DNA of 49,760 nt from Alphaproteobacteria bacterium (lineage in GTDB: Bacteria; Pseudomonadota; Alphaproteobacteria; SMXQ01), in the NCBI GenBank assembly GCA_029863585.1, contig JAOTVC010000003.1:1-49760 (forward strand), written 5' to 3'. The position numbers were made by a program, and so were the translations under genes. The notes beneath the pieces were generated by a model that saw only the letters and a program-made list of their open reading frames with translations, searched no databases and had not been told where the DNA came from. Below are positions 30,527-39,688 of the stretch, one piece after another (position 1 is the stretch's first letter; every line of letters starts with the position of its first letter).

Positions 30527-31126
30527 TCACGGCCGCAGCGCCCCAGTCAAGAGAACCCGGCGGGCCATCATCTGCATCGCTTCGATATAACGCTTTTGGG
30601 ACCAACCGCATTCCTGCGTGAGCTGTTCCCAATTTCGCACCGACAATTGAGTCCACAAGATATCCGTCGCCTGTTGCGGAGAAAATTCGGGCGTCAGCAT
30701 CCCATCCGCATTCAACGCCTGAACCGCTGCCTCGCAGCCCTGGCGCACGGCCCCCATCCGGTCGGCCCACGCCGCGGCCGCGGCCGCATCCGTATCCTTC
30801 ATGGCAAGAAGCGCCTTCGCGATGCCGTGGATTTCAGGAATGTAATTGCCCCAGGCCTCGATAAACGCCTCGAGACGCGCCGCGCCCGTCGCCGCACGTC
30901 GGCTGGCAGCAAGGCGCGCATCGACGTCCAGCACCTCATCGATATACCGCGTCACGGCGATCAAGAGCTCCGCGCGTTTCGGAAAATGCAGATAGACGGC
31001 CTGCCGGCTGATCCCGGCGTCCTTGGCGATGTCGGCCATGCGGACGCCCTGACCGCTATCCCCTTCCAGCAGCTTCCATGCCGAACGGAGAATGCGTGTG
31101 CGGGTCTGAATATTTGCACTTGACAT
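30527..31126 (-). CDS. TetR/AcrR-family regulator
   Basis: N-terminal HTH RILRSA..MADIAKDAGISRQAVYLHF; start at ATG 31126 or 31129. Confidence 0.92.
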   Translation of the reverse strand: MSSANIQTRTRILRSAWKLLEGDSGQGVRMADIAKDAGISRQAVYLHFPKRAELLIAVTRYIDEVLDVDARLAASRRAATGAARLEAFIEAWGNYIPEIHGIAKALLAMKDTDAAAAAAWADRMGAVRQGCEAAVQALNADGMLTPEFSPQQATDILWTQLSVRNWEQLTQECGWSQKRYIEAMQMMARRVLLTGALRP

Positions 31127-31175
31127 CATGTAAAGTCCCACATAATTTACGCCCCGTCAATTGACACCATGTCAA
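31120..31175. promoter_or_regulatory. Three TTGACA-N3-TGTCAA-type operators between divergent tetR and the oxidoreductase gene
   Basis: TTGACA-CCA-TGTCAA (31161-31175, perfect), TTGACA-TCA-TGTAAA (31120-31134) and TTTACG-CCC-CGTCAA (31146-31160). Confidence 0.75.
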
Positions 31176-31191
31176 GTGAATGGAGGCAGAG

Positions 31192-31776
31192 ATGACAAAG
31201 CGCGTTTTCATTTGGGTCGCCCATCCAAGATCCGGGTCCCTCTGCGAAGGGATCGCCGATGCCTACCAGGCCGGCGCCGGTCGCGCCGGTGCGGACATCC
31301 GCCGGCTGAATCTGAGTGAAATGGCTTTCGCCCCGGAATTCGACGGCTATGGAGACGATATGCCGCCGCTCGAACCCGATCTCAGGGCCTGGCAGGACGG
31401 CATCGCCTGGGCCGACCATCTGCTCTTCGTCCATCCCTATTGGTGGGGGGCCATGCCCACCAGGGCCAAGGCCGTTCTCGACCGTGCCCTCATCCCGGGA
31501 TTCGGGTTCACGTACCACCGCAAGGGGGTGGCTTGGGACAAGCTGCTGAGTGGCAGGACGGCCGATGCGATCATCACGTCGGACACGCCGCCGCTGCTCG
31601 ATACCCTGCTCTACAGGAAGCCCGCCCGCCGGGTGATCAGGAACCAGGTCCTGGGATTCTGCGGCATCAAGGCCAAGCGTGTGGTCCAGTTTGGGCCGGT
31701 GAAGACGGCCCCCGCGAAACGGATCGCGAATTGGCTGGACCGGGCGGAGCGCATGGGCCTCACGGCGGCGGCCTAG
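31192..31776 (+). CDS. Flavodoxin-fold NAD(P)H-dependent oxidoreductase (quinone reductase family)
   Basis: Motifs AHPRSGS, WADHLLFVHPYWWGAMP, DRALIPGF and LLSGRTA; GGAGG RBS before ATG 31192. Confidence 0.92.
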   Translation: MTKRVFIWVAHPRSGSLCEGIADAYQAGAGRAGADIRRLNLSEMAFAPEFDGYGDDMPPLEPDLRAWQDGIAWADHLLFVHPYWWGAMPTRAKAVLDRALIPGFGFTYHRKGVAWDKLLSGRTADAIITSDTPPLLDTLLYRKPARRVIRNQVLGFCGIKAKRVVQFGPVKTAPAKRIANWLDRAERMGLTAAA

Positions 31777-31832
31777 GCAGGCCGTCCCCGGATCGAAACG
31801 AGAGTTTCGCAATAAAGATAATGGAGAAATCG

Positions 31833-32327
31833 ATGACGCACCAACTGATGGGATTTCTCGCCTCATCGGCAGTCGTGGCAAGCGGACTGGTGGCCGGCGT
31901 GTTCCTGGCATTTTCCGATTTGGTAATGAACTCCCTCGCGAAAGCCACCCGGCCAGGGGGGATCGAGGCCATGCAGGTGATCAACCGGCAAGTCTACCGC
32001 TCCGTCTTCCTTGTCCTGCTGATGGGCATGGCACCCTTCTCGGCCCTGCTGACCGCCCTTGCCTACGTCCACGCGCCTGGCCCCGCCGTTGCCTGGCTCG
32101 CTATCGGCAGCGGCCTTTACGGCCTTGGCGTTGTCGTCATCACCGTCCTTTGCAACGTGCCGATGAACTTGCGACTCGATTCGATGGACCCGAACGCGGT
32201 GGCGAGCGAAGGATATTGGAGGAAGTACGTGTCAAGGTGGACCCGGTGGAATCATGTTCGGGTCTGTGCGGCGGCCGGCGCCACCGTCTGCTTCCTCGCC
32301 GGTTGCCTGGCGCTCGTCCAGGGCTGA
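31833..32327 (+). CDS. DUF1772 / anthrone-oxygenase-like membrane protein
   Basis: Motifs GLVAGVFLAFS..VM, AMQVIN, NVPMN..L and WTRWNHVR. Confidence 0.9.
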   Translation: MTHQLMGFLASSAVVASGLVAGVFLAFSDLVMNSLAKATRPGGIEAMQVINRQVYRSVFLVLLMGMAPFSALLTALAYVHAPGPAVAWLAIGSGLYGLGVVVITVLCNVPMNLRLDSMDPNAVASEGYWRKYVSRWTRWNHVRVCAAAGATVCFLAGCLALVQG

Positions 32328-32360
32328 CCTCAGGATTTCCTTGGCACACGCGCTACGTCA

Positions 32361-32412
32361 AAGGCGCGGCCAAGGCCGCGACAGGCCTCAAGGCGCGGCC
32401 AAGGCCGCGACA
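32361..32412. repeat. Exact 23-bp direct repeat duplicating the 3' end of the HDAC-family gene
   Basis: AAGGCGCGGCCAAGGCCGCGACA at 32361-32383 and 32390-32412. Confidence 0.9.
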
Positions 32413-33329
32413 TGGGCCACCGCCGAAGCGGCGAGCGCCCGGAGATCGTAGCCGCCCTCCAGGGTCGACACGATTCGTCCGCCGCAATGGGTTTCGGCAA
32501 GGCCCCGGATCTCTTGGGTGATCCAGGTATAATCCGCCTCGGTCAGGTAGAGCTGCGCCAAGGGATCGGCGGCGTGGGCATCGAAGCCGGCGGAGACCAG
32601 GATCAGCTCCGGCCCGAACCGGTCCAGCGCCGGCAACAGCCGATCCTTCCAGGCGGCGCGGAACTCCGCGCTTGCTGCCCCCGCAGCCAGGGGGGCGTTG
32701 AGGATGTGCGCGTTGTCGTCGGCGCCCGAACCGGTTCCGGGGTAGAAGGGAAACTGGTGCGAGGACGCAAAGAACAGGTCCGGGTCGGCGCGAAAGGCGG
32801 CCTCGGTGCCGTTGCCGTGGTGAACGTCGAAATCGACCACGGCGACGCGCGTCAGCCCATGCGCCCGGCGCGCATGCAACGCGCCGATGGCGACATTGTT
32901 GAATAGACAGAACCCCATGGCGCGGCCGGGCTCCGCGTGGTGGCCGGGCGGGCGTACGGCACAGAAGGCACGCGCGGCGGTGCCGCCGATCACCGCGTCC
33001 ACCGCCGCCATCAGGGCGCCGACGGCCCGCAGCGCCGCCTCGCCGGACTTCGGGTTCATCCCGGTATCCGGATCGAGATAGGCATAGCCCCCTTGCGGCA
33101 CGGCATCGAAGACGCGCTCGACGAGCCTGGCATCGTGAACCAAGGTAAGGTCGTCGGCCCGCGCCGCGGCGGCCTCCGCCCAGGCGATCTCCGCCGCCCC
33201 CGGCCCGCCGGCCTCGACCCAGCGCTTCAGGCCATCGACCACGGCCTTGAGCCGCGCCGGCGATTCCGGGTGCCCGGTCCCCGGATCATGTTCTCCGCAA
33301 AGCGGATGGGTAAAAATCGTCACGGTCAC
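32388..33329 (-). CDS. Histone deacetylase family (AcuC/AphA-like) amidohydrolase
   Basis: Motifs HPESPARL, RPPGHHA, GFCLFNN, DFDVHHGNGT, SAGFDAH and LEGGY. Confidence 0.95.
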   Translation of the reverse strand: MTVTIFTHPLCGEHDPGTGHPESPARLKAVVDGLKRWVEAGGPGAAEIAWAEAAAARADDLTLVHDARLVERVFDAVPQGGYAYLDPDTGMNPKSGEAALRAVGALMAAVDAVIGGTAARAFCAVRPPGHHAEPGRAMGFCLFNNVAIGALHARRAHGLTRVAVVDFDVHHGNGTEAAFRADPDLFFASSHQFPFYPGTGSGADDNAHILNAPLAAGAASAEFRAAWKDRLLPALDRFGPELILVSAGFDAHAADPLAQLYLTEADYTWITQEIRGLAETHCGGRIVSTLEGGYDLRALAASAVAHVAALAAP

Positions 33330-33658
33330 GGCATGGCCACCTCAAACCCTAGAAATTCAAAGCTTCCGGCCACATTTGGCCCCATATTCAGCGGCCAGCG
33401 CAACCGGGCAGCCGGTTTCGGCGGGGGAAGGAGGAAAAATATTGTTTCCCATAGAGTTAACATGCCAGCGACGGCGTCGTGCATTGCAATTGACTTAACT
33501 TAAAATGTACCGCAAATAGATTTCAGAGGCAGCGTCCATCCGACGGGGATTCGGGTCACCGTCCGTGATAAGGAATAACCCGGTCTCCGCGCGGACGCGT
33601 GGTCAACCGGGAAGCGGCGCCCAGGAAGTGCTGCCCGGGAGGCAACGAGGAACGGATT

Positions 33659-34891
33659 TTGAAGAAACGGATATTATTGTTCGCGGTTTTGGCCGCGGCG
33701 GCGCTGGCGGTTGGGGTGACGTATGGCCCCGGCCTGGTTGCGCCCCAAGGAGCCCAGGCCCAAGACGCCGGCAGCGCGGCCACCAGCGGTGACGCCGACA
33801 CGCCGGCTGCCAAGAGTGGCGGCGCAAAGAAGAAGAAAAAGAAGAAGCGCCGCCGCAGGCGGCAGACCTTGGTCCAGGTGGACAAGGTACGGGTCGAGCC
33901 ATTGCGCCAGACCATGCCGGTGATCGGCCGCATCGTGTCGGTGCGTTCCGGCGTAGTGGCCACGCGCATCGATGCCCCGGTGGCCGACGTCAGAGTGGAC
34001 GTGGGCGATCGAGTGAAGAAAGGCGATATCCTCGCCAACCTGGTCAACGACCGGTTCAAATGGGACCGAGCGGAAAAGGCAGCGGAAGTCAATCAGGCCA
34101 ACGCCAAGATTTCCACCGCCAAGGCCCGGCTCGCCCTGGCCCGGCAGGAGCTGAAACGCATCTCCGACCTCCGGACATCGGCGGCGTACTCGAAGGCCAG
34201 ATTCCAGGACAAGGAGCTTGAGGTCACGCGCTATGTCGCGGAATTGGGCGAGGCCCGGGCTGCCCTGGTCCGCGCCCAGGCCAGCCTGAAGATGGCGGAA
34301 ACCGATTTGCGCTACACCGCGATCCGCGCCCCCTATGACGGCGCGATCACCCAGCGCCACACCGAGGCCGGCGCCTTCGTCAAGGAAGGCCAGCCGATCG
34401 TTACCATGGTGTCGCACAAGGATATCGAAATCGAGGCCGATGTTCCGTCGCGGCGGATTGGCGGATTGGCGCCCGGCTCCAAGGTCACTTTCGAATTGAC
34501 GCGCGGGACAAAGATCCCCGCGCATGTCCGCGCCGTGGTGCCGGAAGAAAACCTTCGCACCCGCACCCGGCTGGTCCGCTTCAAGCCGGATTTCAAGACA
34601 CAGCCGGAGGCGCTTGCGGCCAACCAGTCGGCGACGGTCTACCTGCCCATCGGCAAGGCCCGCAACGTGTTGTCCGTCCACAAGGACGCGCTGGTCAGTT
34701 CCCGAGGCCAGCCTACGGTGTTCGTGATCGAGGACGAGCGCGCCCAGGCACGCCAGATCAAGATCGGCGAGGGCGTCGGCGGACGCTTCGAAGTGCTGTC
34801 CGGCATCAAGGAGGGAGACCTGGTCGTGATTCGCGGCAATGAAACCCTCAAGGATGGGCGCCGGGTGCGCATCGATGGAGTCACCAATTGA
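33659..34891 (+). CDS. RND efflux periplasmic adaptor (membrane fusion protein)
   Basis: Probable TTG start after GAGGA; N-terminal hydrophobic anchor; VDVGDRVKKGD; coiled coil; IRAPYDG. Confidence 0.92.
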   Translation: MKKRILLFAVLAAAALAVGVTYGPGLVAPQGAQAQDAGSAATSGDADTPAAKSGGAKKKKKKKRRRRRQTLVQVDKVRVEPLRQTMPVIGRIVSVRSGVVATRIDAPVADVRVDVGDRVKKGDILANLVNDRFKWDRAEKAAEVNQANAKISTAKARLALARQELKRISDLRTSAAYSKARFQDKELEVTRYVAELGEARAALVRAQASLKMAETDLRYTAIRAPYDGAITQRHTEAGAFVKEGQPIVTMVSHKDIEIEADVPSRRIGGLAPGSKVTFELTRGTKIPAHVRAVVPEENLRTRTRLVRFKPDFKTQPEALAANQSATVYLPIGKARNVLSVHKDALVSSRGQPTVFVIEDERAQARQIKIGEGVGGRFEVLSGIKEGDLVVIRGNETLKDGRRVRIDGVTN

Positions 34892-37800
34892 ACAAGCTGA
34901 TCGAGCTTTCCCTCAAGCGCCCGATGGCGGTCATGGCCGGGGTGCTAATGATCGTCGCGTTCGGCTTGATGGCCCTGCAGACCATCCCCATCCAATTGGT
35001 GCCCGATGTGCAACGGCCGGTGATCGACATCCGCACCAACTGGCGCGGCGAAGCGCCGGTCGACGTCGAGCGCGAGGTGACCAACCGGCTGGAGGAACAA
35101 ATTGCAGGTATCGAGGGCGTGACCGAACTCTCCAGCCGCTCGCAGTTCGGTCAGTCGCGGATTCGCCTCGAGTTTGAGGTCGGCTACAACCTCGACAAGG
35201 GCATGCTGCTGATCAACAACCGGCTGTCCGGCGTCGACGATCTGCCTCCCGAGGCCGAGGAACCGAGGCTCGATTCCCGCGGGTCCGAGGACATCCCCAT
35301 CGCCTATTTCGTGCTGCGGCGCAAACCGGGCAATACCAGGGACATGGAGACCTATGGCGACCTGATCGAGGACATCATCATCGATCGCATCGAACGCGTC
35401 TCGGGCGTGTCGGGCGCCGATTTCCGGGGCGGTTCCAAGCGCGAACTGCGCATTGAGGTCGATCCCGAAAAGCTCGCCTTTTACCGTTTGACGGTTCCCG
35501 ACGTGCTGCGCCGGATGCGGGACGCCAGCGCATCGATTTCCGCCGGCGAGGTCGAGGAGGGCAAGCGCCGCTATCTTGTCCGCACCGAAGGTGAAATCCG
35601 CACCGTCGAACAGGCCAAATCCGTGGTCCTGATCCGGCAGCAAGATAACACCTCGGGCCGGGTCGGCCGTGTCACGGTGGGCGATGTCGCCGATGTGGTC
35701 TACGGCTACAAGGATCCCAACAGCCATCGCCGCTACCTTGGCGAGGATGTCATCACCTTGCAGGCCTTCCGGGAATCGGGCAGCAACGTGGTCAAGACCA
35801 TGGCCGCCATTCGCAAGGCGATCGACGAGTTGAACAAATATGAGCTGGCCCAGGAAAATCTTTTCCTCACCTGGGTTTACGACGAAACCGTCTACATCGA
35901 TTCGGCGATCGGCCTGGTCCAGCAGAACATCTGGTTCGGCGGCGCCCTGGCGGCGCTGATCCTGATCCTGTTTCTACGCTCCTGGCGCCCCACCCTGATA
36001 ATCAGTCTGGCAATACCGGTGTCGGTGATCGGCGCCTTCGTCGCCATGGCGGCCCTGGGCAGATCGATCAACGTCATATCCCTGGCCGGCATCGCCTTCG
36101 CCGTCGGCATGGTGGTCGACGCCGCCATCGTCGTGCTTGAAAACATCTATCGCCATCGGGAGATGGGCAAGCCACCGATGGAAGCGGCCATGGCAGGGGC
36201 CAAACAGGTGTGGCCGGCGGTGTTCGCCTCGGCGCTGACTACCGTGGTCGTTTTCGCTCCGATCCTCGCGCTCAAGCTGGAGGTCGGACAGCTTTTCCGC
36301 GATATCGCCGTCGCCCTGTCGGTCGCCGTCACCCTGTCTCTGATCGTCTCGGTGACGGTGATCCCGGCCTTGTCGAGGAAGCTTTTGACCACCGTCGGCG
36401 ACGAGGGATACAAACGCTTTTCGATCCCTGGAATCGACCATTTCGGCCGCTGGTTCGCAGCCGGGGTCATGGGCGTGACCCGGTTGGTCGTCCGTTCGAA
36501 GATCGCGGCGCTGGCCGTTGTTTGCGCGGTCGTCGGCGGCACCACCCTGTTCACCATCTTCTCCATGCCGCCCCTGGACTTCCTGCCCGACGGCAACCGC
36601 AACTTCGTCTGGGGCCGCATCACACCACCGCCGGGCTACAACCTCGCAACCATGACCCGAGTGGCCAACGACATCGAGGCGGCCGTCAAGCCCTATTGGG
36701 CCAGCCTGCACGGCAGGGAATCAAGGCCCGGCCAGCCGCCCAAGATCGATCACTTCTTCATCACCTCCCGCACTGATCAGGCATTCGTAGGCGCCAGTTC
36801 CACCGACCCGGCCCGGGCCGCCGAATTGGAGGACGTGATAGAGGAGCCCGTACTCAAAGAGCCGGGCACGCGCGGCTCCGTGGAGCAATCTTCGATCTTC
36901 TCGCGCGGCATCGGCGGATCGCGATCGATCCGTTTCGATATCTCCGGACCCGACCTCGAAGCCAATATCGAAGTCGCGCGGCGCGCCGACGACCTCCTCC
37001 GCGATGTCCTTCCCAGGTCGGAAGGACACCGCGTGCGGCCGCGTCCCGGGCTGGAATTCGGCGCCCCCGAAATCCGGATCATTCCGGATCAATTGCGCCT
37101 GTCTGATGCCGGTCTGACCGCGCGCGACCTCGCCCAGACCATCGATGCCTTCAACGACGGCATCCGAATCACCGAAATCACCGTCGGCGGCAAGCGCATC
37201 GACCTGTCGCTCACCGGGCCCGACAAGCTCGTTAAGGAGACTCAAGGCATCAGCAACCTGCCGGTGGTCACGCCCGACGGGCGCATCATTCCCGCCTCTT
37301 CCCTGGCGGAGATCCAAGTGACCGCAGGGCCGACCCAGGTCTGGCACCTGGAACGTGCCCGCTATGTCATGCTTCAGATTCGTCCGTCCAAGCTGGTGCC
37401 CCTTGAAACCACCATCCAACGGATCCAGGAAAAGGTGCTGGATCCGCTGCGCAAGGAGGGCCTGCCCCCGGGGGTCAAGATCCGGCTTTCCGGCGCGGCG
37501 GACAACCTGACCCAGACCTGGCATCATCTGCAGTTCGATCTGCTGATCGCCGTGGTCATCGTGTTCCTGGTGATGGCGGTGATCCTGGAAAGCTTCATCT
37601 ATCCCTTGATCATCATGCTTTCGGTTCCCCTGGCAACGGCGGGCGGCATGCTCGGCCTGTGGATCCTGAACACCGCCGTCCTGCCGGACACAGACCGCCA
37701 GCCGCTCGACATGCTGACCATCCTGGGCTTCATCATCCTGATCGGTACGGTGGTCAACAACGCCATCCTGCTGGTGACCTATACGGTGGAGAATGTCCGG

Positions 37801-38103
37801 CACAACGGCATGACGCCCGAGGAGGCGATCCTGGATTCGACCAGGACCCGCCTGCGGCCAATCTTCATGTCCACCCTGACCACGGTCTTCGGCATGCTGC
37901 CCCTGGTCGTGGCCCCGGGTGCGGGATCGGAGCTTTACCGCGGCCTGGGATCGGTGGTGGTGGGAGGTCTCGCCCTGTCGGCGGTCCTGACCCTGTTGAT
38001 CATTCCTCCGCTCCTTTCGTTGTTGACCTGGAAGCTGCGCTTGGAAATGGGAACTGGCGAGGCCACGCCCGCAGCGGACGTGGCGACCGCCCCGGCCGAA
38101 TAA
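34888..38103 (+). CDS. RND efflux transporter permease (AcrB/AcrD/AcrF family)
   Basis: 1071 aa; motifs GMVVDAAIVVLENI, GTVVNNAILL and RLRPIFMSTLTT. Confidence 0.95.
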   Translation: MNKLIELSLKRPMAVMAGVLMIVAFGLMALQTIPIQLVPDVQRPVIDIRTNWRGEAPVDVEREVTNRLEEQIAGIEGVTELSSRSQFGQSRIRLEFEVGYNLDKGMLLINNRLSGVDDLPPEAEEPRLDSRGSEDIPIAYFVLRRKPGNTRDMETYGDLIEDIIIDRIERVSGVSGADFRGGSKRELRIEVDPEKLAFYRLTVPDVLRRMRDASASISAGEVEEGKRRYLVRTEGEIRTVEQAKSVVLIRQQDNTSGRVGRVTVGDVADVVYGYKDPNSHRRYLGEDVITLQAFRESGSNVVKTMAAIRKAIDELNKYELAQENLFLTWVYDETVYIDSAIGLVQQNIWFGGALAALILILFLRSWRPTLIISLAIPVSVIGAFVAMAALGRSINVISLAGIAFAVGMVVDAAIVVLENIYRHREMGKPPMEAAMAGAKQVWPAVFASALTTVVVFAPILALKLEVGQLFRDIAVALSVAVTLSLIVSVTVIPALSRKLLTTVGDEGYKRFSIPGIDHFGRWFAAGVMGVTRLVVRSKIAALAVVCAVVGGTTLFTIFSMPPLDFLPDGNRNFVWGRITPPPGYNLATMTRVANDIEAAVKPYWASLHGRESRPGQPPKIDHFFITSRTDQAFVGASSTDPARAAELEDVIEEPVLKEPGTRGSVEQSSIFSRGIGGSRSIRFDISGPDLEANIEVARRADDLLRDVLPRSEGHRVRPRPGLEFGAPEIRIIPDQLRLSDAGLTARDLAQTIDAFNDGIRITEITVGGKRIDLSLTGPDKLVKETQGISNLPVVTPDGRIIPASSLAEIQVTAGPTQVWHLERARYVMLQIRPSKLVPLETTIQRIQEKVLDPLRKEGLPPGVKIRLSGAADNLTQTWHHLQFDLLIAVVIVFLVMAVILESFIYPLIIMLSVPLATAGGMLGLWILNTAVLPDTDRQPLDMLTILGFIILIGTVVNNAILLVTYTVENVRHNGMTPEEAILDSTRTRLRPIFMSTLTTVFGMLPLVVAPGAGSELYRGLGSVVVGGLALSAVLTLLIIPPLLSLLTWKLRLEMGTGEATPAADVATAPAE

Positions 38104-38169
38104 CGGAAGAGGCAAAGATTCGCCCGCGGCGCGGTTGCGCATGGATGGAGTTAGGCTAGACTGCCGCCC

Positions 38170-38958
38170 ATGCCCAAGAGCACATCCAATGGCGTGGATA
38201 TCTGGTATGAGGTGACCGGCGACGGGCCGGCCCTGGTGTTGGTCCACGCCAATCCGTTCGACCACGACCTGTGGCTTTATCAGGCGGCGCATTTCTCCAC
38301 CTGGTTCACTGTGGTGACGGTAGACATTCGCGGCTACGGCCGATCCGCCAAGATCACGACGCCGTATACCGAAAAGGACATGTGCGACGATGTGTTGGGG
38401 GTAATGGGCGACCTCGGCATCGAAAAAGCGGTGCTGGGCGGCTGCTCCGTGGGGTCGGGCATCGCCATCCACCTCGGCCTCGATCACCCCGATAGCTTTT
38501 CCGCCCTCATCCTGGTGGGCGGCAATTCCGGGGTTTCGGATCGCTACATGCAGCGGGTCGAGGGCTACACCCGGGATCTGGCGGATTACCACATCAAGCA
38601 CCTCAAGCTTCTGGTCGCCGAAGACTTCCCGGAAACCAAGCTCGGTGCCTATCTCTTGAACCTGTGGGTGGAACGCGAACCGCGGCTGAAGGGCGAGGCC
38701 ATTGCCCAGGTGTTCCATGCCGGCAACGGCACCGACACCACCGACCGGCTGGGCACCATGAAGCCGCCGGTCCTGGTCATCAATGGGGAGTTTGACCATT
38801 CCCTGCCCGCGGGCCGGAAGACCGCCGAACGGGTGCCCGACGGTACCCACAAGGTGCTCCCCGGGACCGGACATGCCTGCTGCATCGAGGACCCGGCGGG
38901 TTTCGATGCGCTGATGAAGGAGTTCCTCACGGCGCGCGGCCTGCTGCCGCAGATTTGA
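38170..38958 (+). CDS. Alpha/beta-fold hydrolase
   Basis: Motifs DIRGYGRS, nucleophile elbow GCSVG, INGEFD and GTGH. Confidence 0.9.
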   Translation: MPKSTSNGVDIWYEVTGDGPALVLVHANPFDHDLWLYQAAHFSTWFTVVTVDIRGYGRSAKITTPYTEKDMCDDVLGVMGDLGIEKAVLGGCSVGSGIAIHLGLDHPDSFSALILVGGNSGVSDRYMQRVEGYTRDLADYHIKHLKLLVAEDFPETKLGAYLLNLWVEREPRLKGEAIAQVFHAGNGTDTTDRLGTMKPPVLVINGEFDHSLPAGRKTAERVPDGTHKVLPGTGHACCIEDPAGFDALMKEFLTARGLLPQI

Positions 38959-38980
38959 AAGCCCGAGACCCGGATGCGGA

Positions 38981-39011
38981 GATGCCGGCGCCCGGGAGGG
39001 ACGCCGGCATC
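38981..39011. terminator. GC-rich hairpin between convergent genes
   Basis: 10-bp perfect stem GATGCCGGCG / CGCCGGCATC; no clear U-tract. Confidence 0.5.
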
Positions 39012-39051
39012 GATCAAGCAGCGGGACGCAGAAATGCCGCGCCCTTCCGGA

Positions 39052-39573
39052 TTATTCGAAGAATTCGCCTTCCTTGAACTTGAGTTCCATCTGGTTGTTG
39101 TCGGGATGGTCGCCCGGCATTTCACCGCCTTCGATATTGAGGCGTTCGTCCCGTTGCTCGCCGTCGCCGGCAATGCAGCCGATCCGCAGCAGGACCAGGG
39201 GCTCCTCTGAAGTGGCGTGGAATTTGTAATAGCATCCCGCGGGCAGCAAGATACCGGCATTCTTGCCGACATCGGTCTGTTCATCGTTGGGTCCGTAAAA
39301 CCGGGCAGAGCCCTGCAGGATGACGAACATGTGGTCTTCGTTGGTGTGGGCGTGGAGCCCGTTTTCGCCGCCGGAGGCATAGACCTTCAGCACGGTCCAC
39401 ATGTTATCGGTCTTGCACACCGGCAGATTGGTGCGCCCGCTCTCCAACATCTGGGCGCGGAGCTTGAAGACGATCGGCTTGGTGGCGGTGCCGGTCAATT
39501 CCGGAAAGGTGCCCTTGAGCTTGAACTCGCCCATTTTATCGGTGGTTTCGGGGATGATCTCGGCGACGGACAT
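39052..39573 (-). CDS. Cupin-domain protein
   Basis: Metal motif GGENGLHAHTNEDH..ILQG and LLPAGCYY; GGAGG RBS before ATG 39573. Confidence 0.85.
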   Translation of the reverse strand: MSVAEIIPETTDKMGEFKLKGTFPELTGTATKPIVFKLRAQMLESGRTNLPVCKTDNMWTVLKVYASGGENGLHAHTNEDHMFVILQGSARFYGPNDEQTDVGKNAGILLPAGCYYKFHATSEEPLVLLRIGCIAGDGEQRDERLNIEGGEMPGDHPDNNQMELKFKEGEFFE

Positions 39574-39688
39574 GGCGTTTTCCTCCATAGATTTCCATGA
39601 CTTGGAGTTGTTATAGCACAGCGCCCCGGCGCCACCACTTTTCCTCGAAAGCCGGCTCGAGAGACCTGGAACCGGGACGTCTGAAGCC

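Noticed and set aside
33542-33611. Two hairpins in the RND leader as a possible riboswitch
   Set aside because: Short GC stems are expected at this composition, and I recognise no riboswitch consensus.
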